DNA of 64,000 bases from Bugula neritina (lineage: Eukaryota > Animalia > Bryozoa), in assembly GCA_964035545.1 (NCBI GenBank), contig CAXIUT010000183.1, positions 310,001 through 374,000 of the forward strand, in the 5' to 3' direction. Shown here in pieces: positions 33,501-45,602 of the stretch. The position numbers and the translations under genes are program-made. Within the stretch, counting starts at the first letter, position 1; the number at the start of each line of letters is the position of its first letter. The notes below the pieces were generated by a model, which saw only the letters and a list, made by a program, of their open reading frames with translations, did no database searches and was not told the DNA's origin.

Positions 33501-36500
33501 TACTGAAATATACTGTAACACATTGAAAAATACTACAACATACTGAAATACACTGTAACATATTGAAATACACTGCAACACATTGAAATATACTGCAACC
33601 TATAGAAATATATGGTAAACTACTGAAATATACTGTAACACATTGAAAAATACTGCAACATACTGAAACATACTGCGACACATTGCAATATACAGTAACA
33701 TACTGAAACATGCTGTAGCACACTGAAATAGACTGCAGCTCACTGAAATATACTGCAACATACTGAAATACACTGCTACATACTGAAATATACTGCAACA
33801 TACTGCAACATACTGAAATACACTGTAACATACTGAAATACACTGCAACAAACTACAACATATTGAAATACACTGCAACACATTGAAATATACTGCAATA
33901 TACCTAAATATACGGTAATATACCGAAAAAAAACTGTAACAGATTGAAAAATTCTGCAACATACTGAAATAAACTGCAACACACTGAAATACAGCGCAAA
34001 ATACTACAACATACTGAAATACACTGTAACATATTGAAATACACTGCAACACTTTGAAATATACTGCAACATACCGAAATATATGGTAAACTACTAAAAT
34101 ATACTGTAACACTTTGAAAAATAGTGCAACACACTGAAATATACTCTGACACATTGCAATATACTGTAACATACTGAAATATGCTGTAGCACACTGAAAT
34201 ACATTGCAACTCACTGAAATATACTGCAACATACTGAAATACACTATAACATATTGAAAAATACTGCAACATACTGCAACATACTGAAATACACTGTAAC
34301 ATACTGAAATACATTGCAAAATACTACAACATACTGAAATACACTGTAACACATTGAAATATACTACAACATACCTAAATATCCGGTAATATACTGAAAT
34401 ATACTGTAACACATTGAAAAATACTGCAACATACTGAAATACACTGCAACCCACTGAAATACATCGCAAAATACTACAACATACTGAAATACACTGTAAC
34501 ATATTGAAATACACTGCAACACATTGAAATATACTGCAACCTACAGAAATAGGTGGTAAACTTCTGAAATATACTGTAACACATTGAAAAATACTGCAAC
34601 ATACTGAAATATACTGCGACACATTGCAATATACTGTAACATACTGAAATATGCTCTAGCACACTGAAGTACACTGCAACCCACTGAAATATACTGCAAG
34701 ATACCGGAATATATGGTAAAGTACTGAAATATACTGTAACACACTGAAAAATACTGCAACATACTGAAATATACTGCGACACATTGCAATATACTGCAAC
34801 ATACCAAAACATATGGTAAACTACTGAAATATACTTTAACACATTGAAAAATACTGCAACATACTGAAATATACTGTAACACACTGAAATATACTGCAAC
34901 ATACTGAAATACACTGTAACATACTGAAATAAACTGCAACATACCAAAATATATGGTAAACTACTGAAATATACTTTAACACATTGAAAAATCCTGCAAC
35001 ATACTAAAATATACTGTAACACACTGCAAGATACTGCAACATACTGAAATACACTGAAACATACTGAAATAAACTGCAACATACCAAAATATATGGTAAA
35101 CTACTGAAATATACTGTAACACACTGAAAATTACTGCAACATACTGAAATATACTGTAACACACTGAAATATACTGCAACAAACTGAAATACACTGTAAC
35201 ATATTGAAATAAACTGCAACATACCAAAATATATGGTAAACTACTGAAATATACTTTAACACATTGAAAAATACTGCAACATACTAAAATATACCGTAAC
35301 ACACTGCAAGATACTGCAACATACCGAAATACACTGTAACATACTGAAACACACTGCAACATACTGCATTATACTGACATACACTGGAACATATTGAAAT
35401 ACACTGCAACACAATGAAATATACTGCAACATACCAAAATATATGGTAAACTACTGAAATATACTTTAACACATTGAAAAATACTGCAACATACTGAAAT
35501 ATACTGTAACACACTGAAATATACTGCAACATACTGCAACAATCTGAAATACACTGTAACATACTGAAATACACTGCAACAAACTACAACATATTGAAAT
35601 ACACTGCAACACATTGAAATATACTGCAACATACCTAAATATACGGTAATATACCGAAAAAAAAACTGTAACAGATTGAAAAATTCTGCAACATACTGAA
35701 ATAAACTGCAACACACTGAAATACACCGCAAAATACTACAACATACTGAAATACACTGTAACATATTGAAATACACTGCAACACTTTGAAATATACTGCA
35801 ACATACCGAAATATATGTTAAACTACTAAAATATACTGTAACACTTTGAAAAACAGTGCAACATACTGAAATATACTGCGACACTTTGCAATGTACTGTA
35901 ACATACTGAAATATGCTGTAGCACACTGAAATACACTGCAACTCACTGAAATATACTGCAACATATTGAAATACACTGCAACATCCTACAACATGCTAAA
36001 ATACGCGGTAACACATTGAAATACAGTACAACACGTTGAAATATACTGCAACATACCGGAATATATGGTAAAGTACTGAAATATACTGTAACACACTGAA
36101 AAATACTGCAACATACTGAAATATACTGCGACACATTGCAATATACTGCAACATACCAAAATATATGGTAAACTACTGAAATATACTTTAACACATTGAA
36201 AAATACTGCAACATACTGAAATATACTGTAACACACTGAAATATACTGCAACATACTGAAATACACTGTAACATACTGAAATAAACTGCAACATACCAAA
36301 ATATATGGTAAACTACTGAAATATACTTTAACACATTGAAAAATCCTGCAACATACTAAAATATACTGTAACACACTGCAAGATACTGCAACATACTGAA
36401 ATACACTGAAACATACTGAAATAAACTGCAACATACCAAAATACATGGTAAACTACTGAAATATACTGTAACACACTGAAAAATACGGCAACATACTGAA

Positions 36501-38500
36501 ATATACTGCGACACATTGCAATATACTGCAACATACCAAAATATATGGTAAACTACTGAAATATACTTTAACACATTGAAAATTACTGCAACATACTGAA
36601 ATATACTGTAACACACTGAAATATACTGCAACAAACTGAAATACACTGTAACATATTGAAATAAACTGCAACATACCAAAATATATGGTAAACTACTGAA
36701 ATATACTTTAACACATTGAAAAATACTGCAACATACTAAAATATACCGTAACACACTGCAAGATACTGCAACATACCGAAATACACTGTAACATACTGAA
36801 ACACACTGCAACATACTGCATTATACTGACATACACTGGAACATATTGAAATACACTGCAACACAATGAAATATACTGCAACATACCAAAATATATGGTA
36901 AACTACTGAAATATACTTTAACACATTGAAAAATACTGCAACATACTGAAATATACTGTAACACACTGAAATATACTGCAACATACTGAAATACACTGTA
37001 ACATACTGAAATAAACTGTAACATACTGAAATACACTGCAACATCCTACAACATACTGAATTACACTGTAACATTGTGAAATACACTGCAACACATTGAA
37101 AAATACTGCAACATACCGAAATATACGGTAAACTATTGAATTATACTGTAACACATTGAAAAATACTGAAACACACTGAAATATACTCTGACACAATGCA
37201 ATATACTGTAACATACTGAAATATGCTGTAGCACACTGAAATACACTGCAACCCACTGAAATATACTACAACATACTGAAAAACACTGTAACATATTGAA
37301 ACCTACTGCAACATACTACAACATATTGAAAGACACTGCAACACATTGAAATATACTGCAACATACCTAAATATCCGGTAATATACTGAAATATACTGTA
37401 ACACATTGAAAAATACTACAACATACTGAAATACACTGTAACATATTGAAATACACTGCAACACATTGAAATATACTGCAACCTATAGAAATATATGGTA
37501 AACTACTGAAATATACTGTAACACATTGAAAAACACTGCAACATACTGAAACATACTGCGACACATTGCAATATACAGTAACATACTGAAACATGCTGTA
37601 GCACACTGAAATAGACTGCAGCTCACTGAAATATACTGCAACATACTGAAATACACTGCTACATACTGAAATATACTGCAACATACTGCAACATACTGAA
37701 ATACACTGTAACATACTGAAATACACTGCAACAAACTACAACATATTGAAATACACTGCAACACATTGAAATATACTGCAATATACCTAAATATACGGTA
37801 ATATACCGAAAAAAAACTGTAACAGATTGAAAAATTCTGCAACATACTGAAATAAACTGCAACACACTGAAGTACAGCGCAAAATACTACAACATACTGA
37901 AATACACTGTAACATATTGAAATACACTGCAACACTTTGAAATATACTGCAACATACCGAAATATATGGTAAACTACTAAAATATACTGTAACACTTTGA
38001 AAAATAGTGCAACACACTGAAATATACTCTGACACATTGCAATATACTGTAACATACTGAAATATGCTGTAGCACACTGAAATACATTGCAACTCACTGA
38101 AATATACTGCAACATACTGAAATACACTGTAACATATTGAAAAATACTGCAACATACTGCAACATACTGAAATACACTGTAACATACTGAAATACATTGC
38201 AAAATACTACAACATACTGAAATACACTGTAACACATTGAAATATACTACAACATACCTAAATATCCAGTAATATACTGAAATATACTGTAACACATTGA
38301 AAAATACTGCAACATACTGAAATACACTGCAACCCACTGAAATACATCGCAAAATACTACAACATACTGAAATACACTGTAACATATTGAAATACACTGC
38401 AACACATTGAAATATACTGCAACCTACAGAAATAGGTGGTAAACTACTGAAATATACTGTAACACATTGAAAAATACTGCAACATACTGAAATATACTGC
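24540..38500. repeat. ~4.5-kb satellite block duplicated at 9444-bp offset (~24540-29055 vs ~33985-38500)
   Basis: Shared rare variants: CAAAACATATGGT (25361/34805), AAATACGGCAAC (~27037/~36481) and GAAACCTACTGC (~27854/~37298). ORF offsets are 25097/34541 and 26499/35943. Confidence 0.8.
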
Positions 38501-40204
38501 GACACATTGCAATATACTGTAACATACTGAAATATGCTCTAGCACACTGAAATACACTGCAACCCACTGAAATATACTGCAACATACCGGAATATATGGT
38601 AAAGTACTGAAATATACTGTAACACACTGAAAAATACTGCAACATACTGAAATATACTGCGACACATTGCAATATACTGCAACATACCAAAAAATATGGT
38701 AAACTACTGAAATATACTTTAACACATTGAAAAATACTGCAACACACTGAAATATACTGTAACACACTGAAATATACTGCAACATACTGAAATACACTGT
38801 AACATACTGAAATAAACTGCAACATACCAAAATATATGGTAAACTACTGAAATATACTGTAACACACTGAAAATTACTGCAACATACTGAAATATACTGT
38901 AACACACTGAAATATACTGCAACAAACTGAAATACACTGTAACATATTGAAATAAACTGCAACATACCAAAATATATGGTAAACTACTGAAATATACTTT
39001 AACACATTGAAAAATACTGCAACATACTAAAATATACCGTAACACACTGCAAGATACTGCAACATACCGAAATACACTGTAACATACTGAAACACACTGC
39101 AACATACTGCATTATACTGACATACACTGGAACATATTGAAATACACTGCAACACAATGAAATATACTGCAACATACCAAAATATATGGTAAACTACTGA
39201 AATATACTTTAACACATTGAAAAATACTGCAACATACTGAAATATACTGTAACACACTGAAATATACTGCAACATACTGAAATACACTGTAACATACTGA
39301 AATAAACTGTAACATACTGAAATACACTGCAACATCCTACAACATACTGAATTACACTGTAACATTGTGAAATACACTGCAACACATTGAAAAATACTGC
39401 AACATACCGAAATATACGGTAAACTATTGAATTATACTGTAACACATTGAAAAATACTGAGACACACTGAAATATACTCTGACACAATGCAATATACTGT
39501 AACATACTGAAATATGCTGTAGCACACTGAAATACACTGCAACTCACTGAAATATACTACAACATACTGAAAAACACTGTAACATATTGAAACATACTGC
39601 AACATACTACAACATATTGAAAGACACTGCAACACATTGAAATATACTGCAACATACCTAAATATCCGGTAATATACTGAAATATACTGTAACACATTGA
39701 AAAATACTACAACATACTGAAATACACTGTAACATATTGAAATACACTGCAACACATTGAAATATACTGCAACCTATAGAAATATATGGTAAACTACTGA
39801 AATATACTGTAACACATTGAAAAATACTGCAACATACTGAAACATACTGCGACACATTGCAATATACAGTAACATACTGAAACATGCTGTAGCACACTGA
39901 AATAGACTGCAGCTCACTGAAATATACTGCAACATACTGAAATACACTGCTACATACTGAAATATACTGCAACATACTGCAACATACTGAAATACACTGT
40001 AACATACTGAAATACACTGCAACAAACTACAACATATTGAAATATACTGCAACACATTGAAATATACTGCAACATACCTAAATATACGGTAATATACCGA
40101 AAAAAAAACTGTAACAGATTGAAAAATTCTGCAACGTACTGAAATAAACTGCAACACACTGAAATACAGCGCAAAATACTACAACATACTGAAATACACT
40201 GTAA

Positions 40205-40226
40205 CACAGCATATTTAAGGTCATCC
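40205..40226 (+). repeat. Left terminal inverted repeat (22 bp)
   Basis: CACAGCATATTTAAGGTCATCC; inverted match to 45581-45602. Confidence 0.88.
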
Positions 40227-43200
40227 CCAGTGAAATATCATCTCATAATCTAGTCTCAGTTCCTAGTTGGTAATGCTCTGTGGGCGGCATGCGTATTGCC
40301 TACTTGTCATAATTTAGCATGAGATATAACAGTTGCCAACAGACCATGAAATTAGCTAGGGCTGCACCTGTTTATATCACAGTCATCGCTACAATCTATT
40401 GAGCAAGTATGTGGTCATGGCAAGCCTCAGCATCCCCTCATTATTATTATTACAAGAAACCAGTGGTTCGTTTCATGTGCAATGTACTTGATGTACAAAG
40501 GAAGATAATTTTTGTAACTTCTTTTTCAACTAACCATGTAAAACTCTTTCAGATTCTGGAAGCAAGCTAAATGCTAAAGCTAACTCAATATTTATCCATT
40601 TGCCTCGTCTAATAAAGTTGTTAATAATTACATGCTTGACTACAACTTAACAAATAATTTAGAGATGCTCTTCTCTGAAAGCATACTGTTTTTATGCTAG
40701 ACTAATAATCTATCTGTTCACTACCATTGACTAACTTGAAGTCAAAATTACCTTCATCATTAAAATCTTCTTCTAGTTGCAAAAAACACTTTTCATTGCT
40801 AAACTATTACAATCAGTTACAGACTCTGCACAATAGCTTAGAATAGTAAAGAGACTTGCATATAGGTCAGATAGTCATGTATGAGATTTTTTTGGTAGCT
40901 GTAATGATCAGATATGCAGAATTTTGTGTGGCCACTTTGAGTTTAGATGGTTTTGGTAAAGGATTTGATTGCTGCAAGTTTCTAATATAGCTAGTAGGTA
41001 CTTTTGTGGTCCCATTGTACATTATTATAAGCATTAATCAACACCTATTGAAGTGAGTTGGAACTTGGAACTATATAAAAGGTTAGACTGTGAGCCTGTG
41101 CTTTAAATATATTCTATTTGCTCTCTGTTGTATACAGTCTAAACTTTAAAAGGTCCAATCAACCTTAAATTGCTTCTAGCTAAATGTCCAAAAATTGGCT
41201 ATGAGCTGTATTTTGTTGCCTTGAACTGAGAAATAAATTTGAGGCCAGCAAACAACTGGGCTCCTTTGTACTCCTGGCAGCTACTATCAATAGTTGGTTA
41301 TCATAGCTGCGCAGTGTTCATTCAAGCATGATATCATCAGCTTTCTGTATACTAACTCAGAGCCAAGATTATCAACTATTTTATGTTTCTAAATTTAGCA
41401 TCTAATAGAAAAAGCTGCGTCTAGTTAGACTGCACTGACGCTATGCTTGCCTGAGTGAGAAATCCAAGTTGAACAGTTTTAATCTTAGCTACGCAAGAAT
41501 TGAGAATTTGAAGAGAAAACCTCCTTAAGATAAAAGAAGATGTCCAGTGAATTCAGTTTTGTTTCCGGCCTGATAGGTGTCAGTTAATCAGCTCAGATAT
41601 AACTAGTAATGCATTTTTCATTATTCTGATGCTGCAATTATAATATTCCGTAACAAGAATTGACTTAATAATTTAGGAATATGCAAAAAATCAACCAGTT
41701 TTATTCAAGTTAACACCAGATAGCCATTGCTAAAGATCAAAACGAAAATCAGTGTGGATTTTCAAACATAATATAATATATATATGTACACGTATGATCA
41801 GGCATATAGAAGTAGCAAGTTCAATAAATAATGCAAACATGCAGAAGGTGTAACAGCTGTGTACTTTTGTGAAAGAATAAGTCAGGGCTTTTTTATAGCA
41901 ATACATCCTATAAGTATCTTACAAACATGGGGGAAATAATAGGTTAGTTCTCTAATTACTTTTCTTAAACATACATTACAATATTGAATGTCAAAACCAA
42001 TTTTGTAAAGAAGCAGAATCTATAAAAATTCAAGCTGCAAAGCCTAACTAAAAGGCACATTGCTCGAGTGACTAGTCCTGTCAATTGTTAATAATTTTAG
42101 TTTTTATATCCGTTGATAAAGTGTCCTATTTTTGCAGGTAGAGTCTTGATATATAGGTGTCAGTTGTAGAGTATTATGCTTTTTAAACATAAAAATATAT
42201 CGTCTTGCAAGAGTAGGGAATCTAGAGATCCTAAGAGCTGATGATGGCATAGAAAGGATGTTCTGAGCACACATGCTATAGCATTTCTTTGACAAAACCT
42301 AATCATCTAGTATAGCCCACTTGTTTTTGGAACTCAATCTAAAAATATAAATAGCAGTTTTCTCAATACATTGAAAAGTAATTTGCAACATTTTGAATTT
42401 GAATTAAATTGTTCATACACCACAGTTAGTACTAGAGCAGGCTAATCTATATTCTGTAAAATCTACCTATACTGTAAGCAGATCAAAGCTGCCAGCTGAT
42501 AACTTTTTAAGAAACACAGCTCATAATTACAATTACTAGTAGGTTGGATGCTCCCTTGAAATTGTATTTTTTAAATAATTTTTTAGTATAGATATGCATG
42601 ATTGCCGTGATGACTCCAATTCTTTTGAAACATATTATGCTTATAATGTATTTCAAGTTGGTCACTCACAGTGAATGTAGTTTGGTATGCAAGTAGTAGT
42701 ACAATGAGAGTTACTAAACAGAAGATTTTTAGTACAAAACTATATTTTCTATGTGCCTACTCAACTACAATACTCTAAATAATTAGAGAAAAAAGTGAGT
42801 CAATAATAAATTTGGCCATTTTTCTTAAATAATGATGAAATGAACTTTGACAATTTTGATCTAGTCTTACAGTCTTATTATTAGTTCTACCATCAATGCA
42901 TTCATATTATACTTTGCCTTTTATGAATATAAAACTCAATTTTGAAGTTTAGTTATACTGTGCAATGCTATAATAATAATAACAATATGAATACGAATAT
43001 AATATTAATAATAGATATAATACGCAGTATAGGTCTACTGTAATACTATAATAGTAATACATTTAGTAATAGTACAACTATACAAATCCTATAAAATTAA
43101 TTAAAAATAAATATATTATTGCTTGAAAACAATATGAAATATGCAAATTTGCTGAAGGAAGCAGTGGTACTCACTTACCCTTGAAGTTAAACTCTTAAAG

Positions 43201-45255
43201 TTAATCAAAGTACACTCTTTCATCCTAGGTTTGAGAGGTAAAAGACGTTTTTCACTCCATTTTGATATGATATTCCCACCGCCAGTTGGCAAGTTCACTT
43301 CGCAGATCACGTTTTAACATCGAATTTTTAATTTACCGAGCTAGCTTTTACTAGTAACATATCCAATCGGGCAAGATAAGTAACGCTTACAGCTACGTAT
43401 GATATTATGCAGAGCAGTTTGTTTAAGGACAGTGCACTGCAGCTGCGGAATTACTAGGGTAGGTTTTGGGGGGGGGGGTGATTGTGAATTATAAACGTTC
43501 TATGTGTTTTTTTGAAAGCATTATGATAGCATACGCTTTAGTCATTTATATGTAAAATAAAACTTAATGTTTTATAAAATTTAATTTACTTATTTATTTA
43601 TTTTACTATTGTTTTAAAAACTTGATAAAACTTTGAACACCCCCTCATAATACCACAACCGCACTCCACTCCTTTAGTTATAACCTAATTAGATTAGAAG
43701 TCACATCTTTAATACAAACAAGCTATTCCGATGTCTGCTGCTGGCATTAGCTTGAAACTGCAGTGAAGCTTTTATAACTGAGCTAGTAGGCTGAAAGTGC
43801 ACTACCTATAGTTAGCTACCAATGTTATGAATTGGTGTAAGCAGTAAAGGAAATGAGTAGTATATATGTGTACAGAAACTTGTACTCAAATGCTTATAGA
43901 ACCCCATAGTTACGATTATTTGAGATTCAGTCAGGTCCAAAAGAAATTGTGAAACTAAATACCCATTTATATTACATCATGCTGAATCTGGTCACAGACT
44001 TGGCTATTTAAAGCTAATTGTAATTAAAACCATATTGCAATATAAAATAACCTGCCTAAGTTGCTCCTTATTGACGAGTAGTCTAGTTGGGCATTTAAGT
44101 TCAAACCATGAGCTCACTTCAGCTAAAAATAGCAGCACCTTGTCACTGCCTATGAATGGCTTGCATGCATGGTCACTGCCAGAGCCATTAGCGAAATGAC
44201 TTACTGCTATTGCAAGTCTGCTACATACAAGCCTCCTACGTGCAAGCACTATTTATCAATCAGAAACTACTTATTTAATTCTAAGCTACCAGAATTTTAA
44301 TACCATAATATTATAAAAAAAAGTTGTCTGGTAGGTGCGATATAAGCAGAAAAACTAAAACAGCCTAAATTCTTAATTATTTTTAAGAAATTCTAATTTG
44401 GTAACATGCCGGAATTCTCTTTAAACTTCTTAAGCTGCATCTCATGCACCGCCTGTAATAGGCTCAATAATACGAAATGCAGGGTTTAATTTCTCAATAC
44501 TCCCATCACTGCACATACCTCATACTTATTATACTTAGCTGATAAGACTTCACTACTATTGTTGAAAGAAAGTTATGCAATTACTATTCAATTGACTAAA
44601 AATTCTCTCCAACAATTTTGTAAATTCTGAAAACAAAGTTAATGTTTTAAAATAACAATACAGTAAGTTTGGTTACAGATATATTATTAGTATAATTTAG
44701 ATTACTCTACAAAACAACAAATTTGCATTGAAATCACACACAAAAGGCATAAAATTTAGTGGCCTTAACTCTCACTAGCATCCTGAGATGTCTGGGTTAT
44801 CATACAGGCTGTATTACTAAACTGCTTTGCACCAGAAAGAAACAAGTCAAAGCAAGAAATGTACGCAGGCTTCAGAAACCGCTTCATATAAATACAACTG
44901 AAATCTAGATTCAGGGTAGATTGCGCATTGTACAGCCTCTCGTCTATAGACAGTACAACAATACTGCAACCACCAAGATTCCAACTACTAGCTACTATAA
45001 TATAATAACCAGCCTCATACCACCTTTTACCCATACCACAGTTTACTGCAGAGATGAACTTTAACCCTTTGGTTTAGCGCGCACAACATGAATCGTAGGC
45101 CGCATGAGCTCCCTGTAATGATTATGATGGCTACAATGCAGCGCAGCTCTATCGTGTTCAGCCAAGCGTGCAGACTAAGCGATATGTAAAATTTTTAATA
45201 AAATCAGTGTATAAATTACACGTTTACACCAATTCTATTGAGGTTATCTGAAAAC

Positions 45256-45532
45256 TTTAAAAAGCCTCTAATACACAAATATCTTATAACACTATATTCC
45301 AATTTTTGCAGAGATATGTTGCTTCGGAATTGAATAATTCGTGGGGCACTGAGACCATGTTTTTTTATGCGAAAATGGGGAATTTTTGACTGTTTTTGGA
45401 GCATAAAAATGCAACGGATTGGGTAGGTAAAGATTTTTAAAAAGCCTCTAATAGAGCAGCAAAATATTTACAAGATGGTTTTTGAATTTTGATTCTAGCC
45501 TCAAAATTAGTCGAGTTATGAGTGGGGCACTG
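45256..45532. repeat. Diverged ~180-bp subterminal direct repeat pair in the DNA transposon
   Basis: TTTAAAAAGCCTCTAATA at 45256 and 45436 (+180); GTGGGGCACTG at 45341 and 45522 (+181). Confidence 0.7.
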
Positions 45533-45580
45533 TTTCATATATAATTATAATGGAGCAATGAAATTACTGATTCAGTAGAA

Positions 45581-45602
45581 GGATGACCTTAATCAAGCTG
45601 TG
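45581..45602 (-). repeat. Right terminal inverted repeat (22 bp)
   Basis: GGATGACCTTAATCAAGCTGTG; inverted match to 40205-40226. Confidence 0.88.

Larger units (their letters stand above)
1..40204. repeat. Satellite array, segment 1: 10-bp unit / 20-bp dimer (ACTGCAACAT ACTGAAATAY) with higher-order modules
   Basis: Continuous 10-bp periodicity is visible in the 10-nt column layout. ACTG(C/T)AACA(T/C) alternates with ACTGAAATA(T/C). The plus strand is A/C-rich with about one G per unit. Recurrent variant words include ATATGGTAAACT, GCTGTAGCAC and CCGA8-10CTGTAACAG. The array runs off the left edge of the window. Confidence 0.98.
40205..45602. mobile_element. 5398-bp TIR DNA transposon, CACAG...CTGTG ends, 2-bp TSD (AA); CMC/EnSpm(CACTA)-like, probably non-autonomous
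   Basis: The left end CACAGCATATTTAAGGTCATCC matches the reverse complement of the right end CACAGCTTGATTAAGGTCATCC at 19/22. Flanks are ...CACTGTAA | element | AACATATTG...; removing the element plus one AA restores the satellite CACTGTAACATATTG in register. The superfamily is inferred only from the CAC termini and 2-bp TSD; no transposase was recognised. Confidence 0.85.

Noticed and set aside
1-40204. CRISPR array or other repeat-spacer system
   Set aside because: There are no unique spacers; all sequence between landmark words is itself degenerate 10-bp repeat. There are no cas genes and the context is eukaryotic.
43430-43700. G11 run, short palindromes (CAGTGCACTG, GCAGCTGC) and TAGGGTAGG/TAACCTAA as a nested MITE or telomeric seed
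   Set aside because: I could not define convincing paired termini or a TSD, and the motifs are short enough to arise by chance.
40205-45602. Transib or Chapaev assignment based on CAC...GTG ends
   Set aside because: Those families make 5-bp or 3-4-bp TSDs, whereas reconstructing the satellite allows only a 2-bp AA duplication.
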